From Dehalococcoidia bacterium (GTDB taxonomy: Bacteria > Chloroflexota > Dehalococcoidia > Bin125): DNA of 64,000 nt. The stretch spans positions 704,001 through 768,000 of the forward strand of contig OY820591.1 in NCBI GenBank assembly GCA_963555985.3, given 5' to 3'. Made by a program: the position numbers and the translations under genes. The notes beneath the pieces were generated by a model. It did not search any database. It was not told the DNA's origin and saw only the letters and a program-made list of their open reading frames with translations. Below are positions 9,404 to 18,575 of the stretch, in pieces. The number at the start of each line of letters is the position of its first letter. Positions within the stretch are counted from its first letter, which is position 1.

Positions 9404-10333
9404 ATGATGTTCACACGAGCCAATCTGGCAGCGTTTGCTGCGCTCGGCGCGGGTTCTGCGCTCTATGCGTGGTGGGAGTCGACTGCGGTCGAGATCACAC
9501 GTCGGCCGCTTTACGTGCCCGACTTGCCGCCCGGCCTGGACGGACTGCGGGTGCTGCACATCAGCGACACGCATTTCCCGGAATCGGCGGACTCCGTGGG
9601 GCGGTTTCTCGAATTGATCTGGCCGCTCGAATACGACCTGATCGTGTGCACCGGCGACTATGTGGAAACGGCGGCCGGCTGGAACGCTGCGGGGGACGCG
9701 CTGACGCAGTTACGCGCGCCGTTCGGCGTCTACGCGAGCTTGGGGGCGCACGACTATTGCGCTCCAGTGCGTACGCTGGGATCGTGGTTGCAGTTCAACT
9801 CCGATCGCTTGCGGCATCGGCGCAGACGCATGGTTAATCCGGCTCCGTTTGTCGAGCGGCTCGAGGCGGCGGGAATCGTCGTGCTGCGCAATGAGTGGAG
9901 ATCAGCCGAGATCGGCGGAGAGCTCGTTCGGATCGCCGGAGCGGGAGACGCATCAGTGGGCATGGCGCACTTGGAGCGGGCGCTGCCTCCTGCGGATTTG
10001 ACCCCGGCGTCTTTCCAGATGTTGCTGACCCATAGCCCGGATGCCGTTTTTCGCCTGAGTCCAAGCAGCCGAGAGCCTCGCTTGGTGTTCTGCGGACACA
10101 CGCACGGGGGCCAGATTCGCGTGCCTGGATGGGGCGCGCCCGTCCGTCACTCCAATCTGGTCACGAGAGAGCGGGCGGCGGGTGTGTTTCACCCGTACGG
10201 GCCTGAAGGGCCGCAAGTGATTGTCAGCCGCGGCTTCGGTACGGCGTTCGTGCCTTTTCGATTTGCTTGCCGGCCGGAACTTGGCCTGTACGAATTGCGC
10301 CGCGCGGAGTCTGCCGGACACGCGGGTTTGTAA
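9404..10333 (+). CDS. Metallophosphoesterase (YkuE/YaeI-like, calcineurin-like)
   Basis: HISDTH, TGDYV, SLGAHD (GNHD variant), LLTHSPD, GHTHGGQIR, VSRGFG motifs. Confidence 0.88.
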   Translation: MMFTRANLAAFAALGAGSALYAWWESTAVEITRRPLYVPDLPPGLDGLRVLHISDTHFPESADSVGRFLELIWPLEYDLIVCTGDYVETAAGWNAAGDALTQLRAPFGVYASLGAHDYCAPVRTLGSWLQFNSDRLRHRRRRMVNPAPFVERLEAAGIVVLRNEWRSAEIGGELVRIAGAGDASVGMAHLERALPPADLTPASFQMLLTHSPDAVFRLSPSSREPRLVFCGHTHGGQIRVPGWGAPVRHSNLVTRERAAGVFHPYGPEGPQVIVSRGFGTAFVPFRFACRPELGLYELRRAESAGHAGL

Positions 10334-10380
10334 CCGATCGGCAACGAAAGTCGGCGATTTTTCCTGCTAGACTCGGGATG

Positions 10381-10546
10381 CACGCAGCCGAACTTAGCGC
10401 TGACTCGAGTGAGAACGACAGTTGGCGCCGAGGCGGGGAACCCACCATACGAGGGGTGAAGCGGGCGGACGAGCGAGCCGTCACGGCTTGATCGCACGCC
10501 GGCCGATGACCTGAACATCGAACCCGACAGCTGACCCCGCAGGCAT
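10381..10546 (+). ncRNA. Cyclic di-AMP (ydaO/yuaA) riboswitch
   Basis: Conserved blocks in the correct order: gccgaac, extended P2 hairpin, gcggggaaccca, ggggtgaa, cgatg/catcg stem, cgaacccgacagctgaccccgcaggc. gcgggg (10433-10438) pairs with ccccgc (10535-10540). Lies in the 5' UTR of the KamA-family gene. Confidence 0.88.
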
Positions 10547-10672
10547 GTTCAGGGCGGACGCAGGACCAACGCGGGCGTGATCGAGCCTGGCTCGCCACGA
10601 TCGCCCTTCCTCCGCCGAGCGGCCGCGGGCTGCGCAGACAGCCGCCAATTCTCGCCTGAGGAGGAGTGATCG

Positions 10673-12097
10673 ATGACCACAGAAACCTATAACCCCGCTG
10701 CACTCGGAGCCGACGACTTCGCCTCGGAGCACTACCAGGCGATCAATCTGCACAATTTCGAGAAGCTCCCGCAGATCCAGGAGCTGCCGGACGAGATCAT
10801 TCACGACATTCATGTCGTGGGCCGGGTGCTCCCGTTCAAGTCAAATCGTTACGTCGTTGACCACCTGATCGACTGGGATGATCCGCTCAACGACGGCATG
10901 TTCAAGCTGACCTTCCCGCAGCGCGACATGCTCTCGCCGACGCACTTCAGCACGATGTCGGCGGCGATTGACAGCGGCAAGAACGCGCGCGAGCTGAAGG
11001 TCGTCGCGGATGAGATGCGGATGACGCTGAACCCGCATCCCGCTGGCCAGATGGAGCACAACATGCCCCAGCTGGACGGGATGCCGCTGGAAGGGATGCA
11101 GCACAAGTACCGCGAGACGGTGCTGTTCTTCCCGTCGCAGGGGCAGACCTGTCACGCCTACTGCACCTTCTGCTTCCGCTGGCCGCAGTTCGTGGGGCTG
11201 GAGGGCAAGAAGTTCGCAATGCGCGAGGGTGAGCGACTGCGCGGCTACCTGGCCCAGCATCACGAGGTTTCCGACGTGCTCTTCACCGGCGGAGACCCGC
11301 TGATCATGAAGACGAAGACGCTCCGCGACTACATCGAGCCTCTGACCAAGCCCGACGCGGGTCACAACCTGCGTACGGTGCGGATCGGCTCGAAGGCGAT
11401 CGCCTACTGGCCGCACCGCTTCGTCTACGACGACGACGCTGAGGACTTGCTCAACCTGTTCCGCGAAGTGACCGGCGCGGGAATGCAGCTCGCGCTGATG
11501 GCGCACTTCAACCATCCCGCAGAGCTGCGGACTTCCGTTGCACTGGAGGCGGTCCGCCGGATTCGTGAGACTGGCGCGCAGATCCGCACGCAGACGCCGC
11601 TGCTGAAGCACATCAATGCCGACTCCCAGCTGTTGGCCGACATGTGGGCCGAGCAGACTCAGGCCGGCTGCGTGCCGTACTACCTGTTCGTCGCGCGCGA
11701 CACCGGCGCGAAGCGCTACTTCGAGCTTCCGCTGGTCGATTGCCAGGAGATCTTCCGCGGCGCCTACCAGCGCGTATCCGGCGTAGCCAGGACAGTGCGT
11801 GGCCCGTCCATGTCTGCCGGTCCCGGCAAAGTCCAGATTCTCGGTGTCTCCGAGCATCGCGGCGAGAAACTCATTATCCTTCGCTTCCTCCAGGGCCGCG
11901 ACCCGGATTGGGTCGGCAAGCCGTTCTTCGCCAAGTACAGCGACACGGCAAGCTGGCTCGACGAGCTTGAGCCGGCCGAGGGCGACGAGTTCTTCTTCGA
12001 GGAACGCCTGCGCGAGCTGCTGGCGGAAGAGGGTTCGCCCTGGGCTCGCCCTGAAATCGCGATCCAGCTCCTCGATACAGCCGCCGCGGGCGGATAG
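10673..12097 (+). CDS. KamA-family radical SAM/PLP 2,3-aminomutase-like protein
   Basis: HKYRETVLFF...CHAYCTFCFRW (CxxxCxxC), TGGDPL, HFNHPAEL, QTPLL, PYYLF, and GPGKV (candidate PLP lysine). RBS gaggag. Confidence 0.88.
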   Translation: MTTETYNPAALGADDFASEHYQAINLHNFEKLPQIQELPDEIIHDIHVVGRVLPFKSNRYVVDHLIDWDDPLNDGMFKLTFPQRDMLSPTHFSTMSAAIDSGKNARELKVVADEMRMTLNPHPAGQMEHNMPQLDGMPLEGMQHKYRETVLFFPSQGQTCHAYCTFCFRWPQFVGLEGKKFAMREGERLRGYLAQHHEVSDVLFTGGDPLIMKTKTLRDYIEPLTKPDAGHNLRTVRIGSKAIAYWPHRFVYDDDAEDLLNLFREVTGAGMQLALMAHFNHPAELRTSVALEAVRRIRETGAQIRTQTPLLKHINADSQLLADMWAEQTQAGCVPYYLFVARDTGAKRYFELPLVDCQEIFRGAYQRVSGVARTVRGPSMSAGPGKVQILGVSEHRGEKLIILRFLQGRDPDWVGKPFFAKYSDTASWLDELEPAEGDEFFFEERLRELLAEEGSPWARPEIAIQLLDTAAAGG

Positions 12098-12107
12098 ACG
12101 GTTCGGC

Positions 12108-12539
12108 GTGACTGGCGCCGCTGCGGAGGTTGTCGATCCGGTCGTGCGACCGGGCACGCCTGCGTTTCGTTGCCTGGCGGACGAGTGCGGCGCGATGTGC
12201 TGTCGCAACCCGTACCGTGTGGACTTGGGAGAGGACGAGGTCGCTCGCCTGGCTCGTGAGGTCGACGTGTCGACCGTGCTAGACGAGCGAGCGTCGATGG
12301 TTCTGATGCGCCAGGTCGGCGACGCGTGCGTGCTGCTGACTGAGGATCGGCGCTGCGCGGGCTACGCTGTGCGGCCGAACGGCTGCCGTGATTACCCATT
12401 CCGCGTCGTCAGCGAACCGGGCGGAGATCCGACGCTCGTGCGCGATCTCGCCTGTCCCGGATTCGTTGGGCCGCCTCTGAGCGAGTCTGAGTACGAAGAA
12501 CTGCTCCGGCTGCTGCTGCCGATGTCAAAGCAGCCCTGA
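12108..12539 (+). CDS. YkgJ-family cysteine-cluster (Fe-S/Zn) protein
   Basis: FRC...CGAMCC, CVLL....C..Y..RP..CRDYPF and CPG. Start is an assumed GTG inside ORF 11799..12539. Confidence 0.75.
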   Translation: MTGAAAEVVDPVVRPGTPAFRCLADECGAMCCRNPYRVDLGEDEVARLAREVDVSTVLDERASMVLMRQVGDACVLLTEDRRCAGYAVRPNGCRDYPFRVVSEPGGDPTLVRDLACPGFVGPPLSESEYEELLRLLLPMSKQP

Positions 12540-12875
12540 GACCTTCTCGACGAATCGACTGACGGCAACGAGAGCCCGCCTGACATTCTCAGGGCTATCC
12601 CAATTCTCGTAGAAATTGACATGAAGCTGGTTCGCCACCTGGAACAACAGATAGATATCGTCGTCGTCCGCCTCAGTCGATAGCCGGTCAACGGCTCGGT
12701 AGAGCGCTGCATGGTCACGGTGAGGCAAACCCCGCTGTTCCGCAGCGGCTTTGACGATCTGCGCGGCGGCGCTCCAACCCTTCTCCGAAGCCTGGCGCAC
12801 GTCGTCAGCGGCGAGTTCCGCCTCGGCTTGCGCCAACAGCGTCATGCTGGCTTCGTGATATGCCCGTGTCGTCAT
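12525..12875 (-). CDS. PaREP1-family (HEPN-like) protein
   Basis: QASEKGW.AAAQ.VKA and LHVNFYE motifs. Paralog at 19839..20189. Confidence 0.8.
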   Translation of the reverse strand: MTTRAYHEASMTLLAQAEAELAADDVRQASEKGWSAAAQIVKAAAEQRGLPHRDHAALYRAVDRLSTEADDDDIYLLFQVANQLHVNFYENWDSPENVRRALVAVSRFVEKVSGLL

Positions 12876-12970
12876 GCGGCCTCGCCTTCCGTCGGTACAG
12901 CCTAGCCGCCTGTCGGCGTTCGTCGATGTCTCCGTATACTCGACCTGCACAGGAAGAGTGGAGGCGTCTG

Positions 12971-14647
12971 ATGCTCGATTCGGCCACGATTGCGGCTCTG
13001 CGCAAGTCTCGCGCGGCTTGGGACCAGCGCGTTGAGGATGAGGGACGCGAGCGCCCCGGACCCTTCATGACGGTCTCTTCCCGTCCAGTTGAGCGCTTGT
13101 ACGACGCATCGACGCTGGCCGATTCCGGCTGGGATGTCGAACGCGATCTCGGTCTCCCGGGTGAGTATCCCTTCACACGCGGGGTGCATCCCACCGGCTA
13201 TCGCGGCCGGCCGTGGACGATCCGGATGTTCGCCGGCTTCGGTTCGGCCGAAGAGACGAACGCCCGCTTCCGGCGGCTGCTGGACGACGGCCAGACGGGG
13301 CTGTCGATCGCCTTCGATATGCCGACGCTGATGGGCTACGACCACGATGATGAGCTCGCGGCGGGGGAGTTCGGCAAGTGCGGCGTGGCGGTGTCCTCGC
13401 TGGCGGACATGGAGCTCCTGCTCGACGAGTTGCCGCTCGACAAGATCACGACCTCGATGACGATCAACTCGCCGGCGGCGCCGATTTGGGCGATGTACAT
13501 CGCGGCGGCGGAGAAGCGCGGGATTGATCGTTCGCTGCTGGGCGGAACGCTCCAGAACGACATCCTGAAGGAGTACATCGCGCAGAACGAGTTCGTGTTT
13601 CCTCCGCGGCCGTCGATGCGGCTGGTGACGGACACCGTCGAATTCGCATCGGAGTACATGCCGCGCTGGAATTCGATCTCGGTCTCCGGCTACCACATCC
13701 GCGAGGCCGGTTCGACGGCGGCCCAAGAACTCGCCTTCACGCTCGCCGACGGCATGGAGTACGTGCGCTGGGCGCTGGAGCGCGGCTTGCACGTGGACGA
13801 GTTCGCGCCGCGGCTCTCGTTCTTCTTCAACAGCCATAACGACTTCTTCGAGGAGATCGCGAAGTTCCGCGCCGCGCGCCGAATCTGGGCGCGCGAGATG
13901 CGCGAGACGTTTGGGGCGGAGAATCCGCGCTCGTGGTGGATGCGCTTCCACACGCAGACGGCGGGCGTCTCGTTGACGGACGTTCAGCCCGAAGTGAACT
14001 TGCTGCGCGTGACCATTCAGGCGCTGGCGGCGGTGCTCGGCGGTACGCAATCGCTGCACACCGACGCGATGGACGAGGCGCTGGCCTTGCCTTCGGAGAA
14101 GGCAGCGCGGCTGGCCGTTCGGACGCAGCAGGTGATCATGCATGAATCCGGGGCGATCAACACGGTCGATCCGCTTGGCGGCTCCTACTTTGTAGAACAG
14201 CTGACCAACGAGATCGAGCGCGAGACGTATGAGTACTTCGAGAAGATCGAGGCGCTCGGTGGTGTGATCGCATCGATCGAGACCGGCTACTTCCAGAAGG
14301 AAATCGCGGACGCTTCGGCTCGCTTCCAGCGCGAGATCGAGCGGGACGAGCGGACGATTGTCGGAGTCAACGACTTCGAGCTTGAGGAGCCGCTGGAGAT
14401 TCCGATCCTGAAGATGGATCCGCAGGGTGAAGCTCGTCACCTGGAGCGGCTGCGCCGAACCCGTGCGGAACGCGATCCGGACGCGGCTGCGTCGGCGTTG
14501 GTTGAGTTGGCGAACGTGTGCCGCGATCCGCGCGCGAATTCGATGCCGCAGATGCTCGATGCTGTGAACAGCTATTGCACGCTGGGGGAGATCATGAACA
14601 CGATGCGCGATGTGTTCGGGGAGCATCGCGAGCACGTGGTGCTGTGA
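12971..14647 (+). CDS. B12-dependent acyl-CoA mutase large (substrate-binding) subunit, isobutyryl-CoA-mutase-like
   Basis: [74 protein letters not shown]. No C-terminal B12-binding DxHxxG domain. Confidence 0.92.
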   Translation: MLDSATIAALRKSRAAWDQRVEDEGRERPGPFMTVSSRPVERLYDASTLADSGWDVERDLGLPGEYPFTRGVHPTGYRGRPWTIRMFAGFGSAEETNARFRRLLDDGQTGLSIAFDMPTLMGYDHDDELAAGEFGKCGVAVSSLADMELLLDELPLDKITTSMTINSPAAPIWAMYIAAAEKRGIDRSLLGGTLQNDILKEYIAQNEFVFPPRPSMRLVTDTVEFASEYMPRWNSISVSGYHIREAGSTAAQELAFTLADGMEYVRWALERGLHVDEFAPRLSFFFNSHNDFFEEIAKFRAARRIWAREMRETFGAENPRSWWMRFHTQTAGVSLTDVQPEVNLLRVTIQALAAVLGGTQSLHTDAMDEALALPSEKAARLAVRTQQVIMHESGAINTVDPLGGSYFVEQLTNEIERETYEYFEKIEALGGVIASIETGYFQKEIADASARFQREIERDERTIVGVNDFELEEPLEIPILKMDPQGEARHLERLRRTRAERDPDAAASALVELANVCRDPRANSMPQMLDAVNSYCTLGEIMNTMRDVFGEHREHVVL

Positions 14648-14689
14648 TTGCTTGCGTCACAGACTGCGATTCCGTGAAGGGAGCACATC

Positions 14690-15934
14690 ATGTCTGGTCC
14701 GTTGGACGGGATTCGCGTCTTGGAATGTTCGACCTGGGGCTTCGGCCCGATCGGCGGCATGATGCTGGGCGATCTGGGGGCCGATGTGATCAAGATTGAG
14801 TCGCCGACTCGGCCCGATGCGGCGCGCTTTGTGGAGTCTGTCGCCGGCATTCCGAACCGGATGCCCGATGGACGCTCGGCGCTGTTTGAGGCAGTGAACC
14901 GGAACAAGCGCTCGCTCGCGCTCGATCTCAAGCACCCTCGTGGTTGCGAGCTCTTTCGCGATCTGATCCGCGACACCGATGTGTTCATCGAGAACTACCG
15001 CCCCGGCACGTTCGAGAAGCTGGGGCTGACGACCGAGTCGCTCCTGGAGCTCAATCCGCGCCTGATTCATGCCGCAACTGCCGGCTACGGCTTCAAGGGT
15101 GAAGAAGCGCACTTGCCAGCGCTCGATGCGGTGGGTCAGGCACGAGGCGGATTCATGTACGCCGGTGGTTCGCCGGGCGATCCGCCCAACTGGAACACCA
15201 TGGGCATCGCCGACGTGATGGGCGCGACCTGTCTGGCCTACGGCGTATTGGCCGCGATTGCGGGACGTGAACTCAATGGCGGCCGGGGACAGCGGATTGA
15301 GATCTCCCACATCATGGCGACGATGTGGCTGTCGTTCTGGGGCGTGAGCGTGGGGATGTTGCAGGGTCTCGATTCGTGGCCGCGCTTCGACCGCACTCGT
15401 GCAGCGAATCCGCTCTGGAATCTGTACCAGTGCGGCGACGGCGAATGGCTGATGCTGGGCATTCTCGAAGCGGAGCGGGATTGGGCATCGTTCTGCCGTG
15501 CGATGCAGTTGGAGGACCTGACTGAGGACGCTCGCTTCACCACTATCGCGGCGCTCGGCGAACATTGCACTGAGTTGATCGCGATCCTGGACGAGCGCTT
15601 CGCGAGCGCGCCGAGATCGGAGTGGGAGGAGCGGCTGCGCAGCGAGCCGAACCTCATCTTCACGCGAGTCCAGCAGTTGGGTGATCTCCCCACCGACCCG
15701 GCGGTGGTGGCGAACGACTATCTGATTAACTACGACCATCGCCACTACGGCCCGGTGCCGACACTGACGCATCCGGTGCTCTTGCATGGGCAACCGGCCA
15801 GCATTCGGCGGGATGCGCCGGACCTTGGCGAGCATTCGGTCGAGGTGCTGAGCGAGCGACTGGGGCTGTCTCAGGCTGAGACGGACGTACTGATCGCCGA
15901 GGGCGTAATCGACTGCTCGGCGGCGTCAGCTTGA
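14690..15934 (+). CDS. CaiB/BaiF family III CoA-transferase
   Basis: GPLDGIRVLE, LGDLGADVIKIE, NRNKRSLALDLK, ENYRPG, IAD catalytic Asp, APDLGEHS. Confidence 0.93.
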   Translation: MSGPLDGIRVLECSTWGFGPIGGMMLGDLGADVIKIESPTRPDAARFVESVAGIPNRMPDGRSALFEAVNRNKRSLALDLKHPRGCELFRDLIRDTDVFIENYRPGTFEKLGLTTESLLELNPRLIHAATAGYGFKGEEAHLPALDAVGQARGGFMYAGGSPGDPPNWNTMGIADVMGATCLAYGVLAAIAGRELNGGRGQRIEISHIMATMWLSFWGVSVGMLQGLDSWPRFDRTRAANPLWNLYQCGDGEWLMLGILEAERDWASFCRAMQLEDLTEDARFTTIAALGEHCTELIAILDERFASAPRSEWEERLRSEPNLIFTRVQQLGDLPTDPAVVANDYLINYDHRHYGPVPTLTHPVLLHGQPASIRRDAPDLGEHSVEVLSERLGLSQAETDVLIAEGVIDCSAASA

Positions 15935-15945
15935 GGGTTGCGGAA

Positions 15946-18288
15946 TCAGGGGATGGGATAGAGCGTGTCCCCGCTCTGGAGCGTGAAGTCCTTCGAGCCT
16001 GGTGCAGCCTCGCCGTCGTGATCGATCGCATAGCCGGTCCAGGTGTTATCGGTCCTGGTCCAAACTCCGATAATGCCGGCAGCGCGCAGGCGCGGGACAA
16101 GCAGTGAAGCGAAGCCCTTCGCACCCAACCAGACGGCTCGACCGTCGGGCACCCGATCTGAGATTAGAGGACTGCCGCCGTCGCGCCGGGGCGCGTGACT
16201 GCGCAAGATCTCGGCCTCGATCACCTCGCCGTTGTTGGTTGAGGCCACCAGTACTGCCTCGCCGCCTTGATTGACGCCAAACCAGCGGGTGGCGAGTCCC
16301 TGATCGGTGACGATGTTCGGCTCATCGACGCCGACGAGGACATGCGCATTCAGGGATTCGATGCGAACGGGTAGACCATTGGCGACCAGTTGAGACTGGG
16401 CGTCGGCAATGCGGGCGCTGACGGTGATGATCTGACCGATGCGGGAGCCGCTTGCGGGGTTGGTGTTCATGGTGATCTGAGTGGGTGGTCCGCTGACGGT
16501 CAAGGCGCGCTGAGCGCTGAGGTTGCCGCTGCGCGCTTGCAAGATGTAGGTGCCGGGCTCGAGGCTGTTGTCTTCGCCTGCGCGGGTGATGAGGATGAGG
16601 GCGTCGCCTCGCTGTTGGGCTTGGATCTGCGCGGCGCCGATCGTCTCCTGGTTTGGCCCGACGATGCTGAATCGCAAATTGGTCGGCGCGGTGGCAACGC
16701 CTCTGAGATCGTGGGCGGAGAGCTTGATCGTGACCGGGTCTGCACCGCGGATGTAGTGCAGGCTCCCGTCGGGCTGGCCGAGGCTGAGTGCAACGGCAAC
16801 GCCGCTGAAGTCGATCCGCAGAGGCGTGGTACCCAAGTTGTCGCCTCCGTCAAGCACACCGACCAGGGCTCGGACTTCGGCCGAGCCTTCTGAGTCGGCG
16901 GTGAGGACAAGGTCGATTGAGCCGGTTTGCTCCGGGTCGAGGCGGCTGAGGCGCTGGCCGCTGAGATTGCAACTGGATTCGCAGGCGCCGCCCTTGACGA
17001 AGTGGAGCGAACCCCTGGACGTGGTGATGATGATGGCGTTGATCTGTCTGGGGTTGCTGGGGTCGCCGTTGGCGTTGTGGATGCTCAGGCGGATGCGCGT
17101 TTGCCCGCCTTGAGCGGGGATGATCGAGGGTTGGTTCTCGATCAGTTCCAAGGTGACGGTGGCCACTTCTCGCTGCTCGGAGACGTGCAGTGTGCGCGAG
17201 CCGGGAGCGGTGTCGAACTCCTCCCAGTGCACGGTTTCGGTGTAGTTGGCTCCTGCTTCGCTGACGCTGTAGCTCAAGCTCAGGCCGAGCAAGCGGGCGT
17301 TGCCGGAGACGCGGTATGCGCCCAGGGGGAGTTCGTAGGGCACGAGGGCGCGGGCTTGATAGCCGCTCAGCTCGCAGCGCCAGCGGTTGGAACGGGCTGA
17401 GGCGCGCCGGCAGGAGCCGGTTGACAGGCCGCCGAGGCCTGACTTTTCGATTTCCAGACCGTCCGATCCCAAAAGCCGGGGCACTTCAACTCGCCCGTAG
17501 GCGTCGAGCCGCAGTTTCAGATTCGAGATGGTCTCTCCGGCGCGGGCGGCGAAGGTGAACTCCAGGCTCAGCCCGATCCGGGCACCGCCGATGCCGTCGG
17601 AGCCGAAGCCGGGGGCGACGTGTCCGTCGGAGTCATCGGGGAAGCTGAGATAGAGGCGCAGGTCGCTGATCCGCTCGGTTTCGCCGACGGTGAGAGTGAC
17701 GGCGGCGGTGAAGCTGAGCCGTTCGAGCTCCTGCGCGAGGATGGGGATGTTGGGCTGGTTGGCTCGATAGAGGCCGAAGCTGTCGAGCGTGGCTCGCACC
17801 GTGATCTGGCCGCTGGCATCGGCCGCGAGTTTCAGGGGCGGTACGGAGAGATGGTCACGTTTGATTTTGATAGTGCAAGACCAGCCGTTGCCTGACTGAC
17901 AAGAGCGCTCGGCGCTGGAGAGGGAGAGCGGGACGCTGCGCCGGGTTTCTCCGCCGAGGTGGTCGTCAAAGGTAGCTCCGTCGCCTTCGATTTCGAGCTG
18001 GAGGGTGGGGACGCGCATGGCTGCGCCGCTGCCGGAGAGACGTTGCTCGACAGTGAGATCGGCATCGAGCTCGAGCTGGATTCCGCTGACGCCGGGTGGG
18101 AAGTGGCCGTCGGACTGGTTGGCGAATGCGAGCGTGATCTCGCCGGAAGTGGAGAGGCTGGTCGGGGTGGGAGCCGTTTGCGCACTGCTTTGCGGCCAGA
18201 GCGGTGAGACGCCCGCTCCAAGTGCGGCGACGAGGGCGCAGAGCACTGCCATGAGGCCGATGGCGGCAGTGCGGAAGGGATGCGACAT
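15946..18288 (-). CDS. Secreted Ig-like repeat surface protein with C-terminal Trp-rich domain
   Basis: Signal peptide, IHNANGDPS..INAIII segment shared with 1530..4370, VSARIADAQSQLVANG, and C-terminal VW.....WTGY...PGSKDFTLQSGDTLY. Confidence 0.78.
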   Translation of the reverse strand: MSHPFRTAAIGLMAVLCALVAALGAGVSPLWPQSSAQTAPTPTSLSTSGEITLAFANQSDGHFPPGVSGIQLELDADLTVEQRLSGSGAAMRVPTLQLEIEGDGATFDDHLGGETRRSVPLSLSSAERSCQSGNGWSCTIKIKRDHLSVPPLKLAADASGQITVRATLDSFGLYRANQPNIPILAQELERLSFTAAVTLTVGETERISDLRLYLSFPDDSDGHVAPGFGSDGIGGARIGLSLEFTFAARAGETISNLKLRLDAYGRVEVPRLLGSDGLEIEKSGLGGLSTGSCRRASARSNRWRCELSGYQARALVPYELPLGAYRVSGNARLLGLSLSYSVSEAGANYTETVHWEEFDTAPGSRTLHVSEQREVATVTLELIENQPSIIPAQGGQTRIRLSIHNANGDPSNPRQINAIIITTSRGSLHFVKGGACESSCNLSGQRLSRLDPEQTGSIDLVLTADSEGSAEVRALVGVLDGGDNLGTTPLRIDFSGVAVALSLGQPDGSLHYIRGADPVTIKLSAHDLRGVATAPTNLRFSIVGPNQETIGAAQIQAQQRGDALILITRAGEDNSLEPGTYILQARSGNLSAQRALTVSGPPTQITMNTNPASGSRIGQIITVSARIADAQSQLVANGLPVRIESLNAHVLVGVDEPNIVTDQGLATRWFGVNQGGEAVLVASTNNGEVIEAEILRSHAPRRDGGSPLISDRVPDGRAVWLGAKGFASLLVPRLRAAGIIGVWTRTDNTWTGYAIDHDGEAAPGSKDFTLQSGDTLYPIP

Positions 18289-18523
18289 ACGGCGTCTCGG
18301 TCGGTTCGAGCCCGGGAGTGCTGCGTGTCATAACGCATGGTGCGGCTTGCTCTCACTGTGGCGGAAACACCGCCGCCGCGCTACTCGCTGCGAGTGCGGG
18401 AGTGGCGCGGCGGTGGATTGATGTGTTGGTTTGCTCTGTGAAAGGTCTGTTGGATCTCCTCTGTCGATGCAAGCTCTCTCGCCCAAGGCTTGAGCCAGCA
18501 GCCGGCCTCAGTGCTGCTCGCAT

Positions 18524-18554
18524 CGAGATACCCGCGACAAGCGCGGGTATGACG
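18524..18554 (-). repeat. REP-like palindrome, family A (cgtcatacccgcg-N-cgcgggtatc)
   Basis: cgagatacccgcgacaagcgcgggtatgacg. Other copies at 20906, 21074, 53711, 55205 and 57731. Confidence 0.8.
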
Positions 18555-18575
18555 AAGTGGGAAACGCGAACGTCT

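Noticed and set aside
10673-12097. EF-P modification enzyme EpmB or lysine-fermentation kamA
   Set aside because: No efp/epmA or kamDE/kdd neighbours, and the motifs differ from canonical KamA/EpmB. The substrate is left open.
18300-18320. T-loop-like ggttcgagccc suggesting a tRNA or att remnant
   Set aside because: No surrounding cloverleaf and no match to the 3' ends of the two tRNAs in the window.
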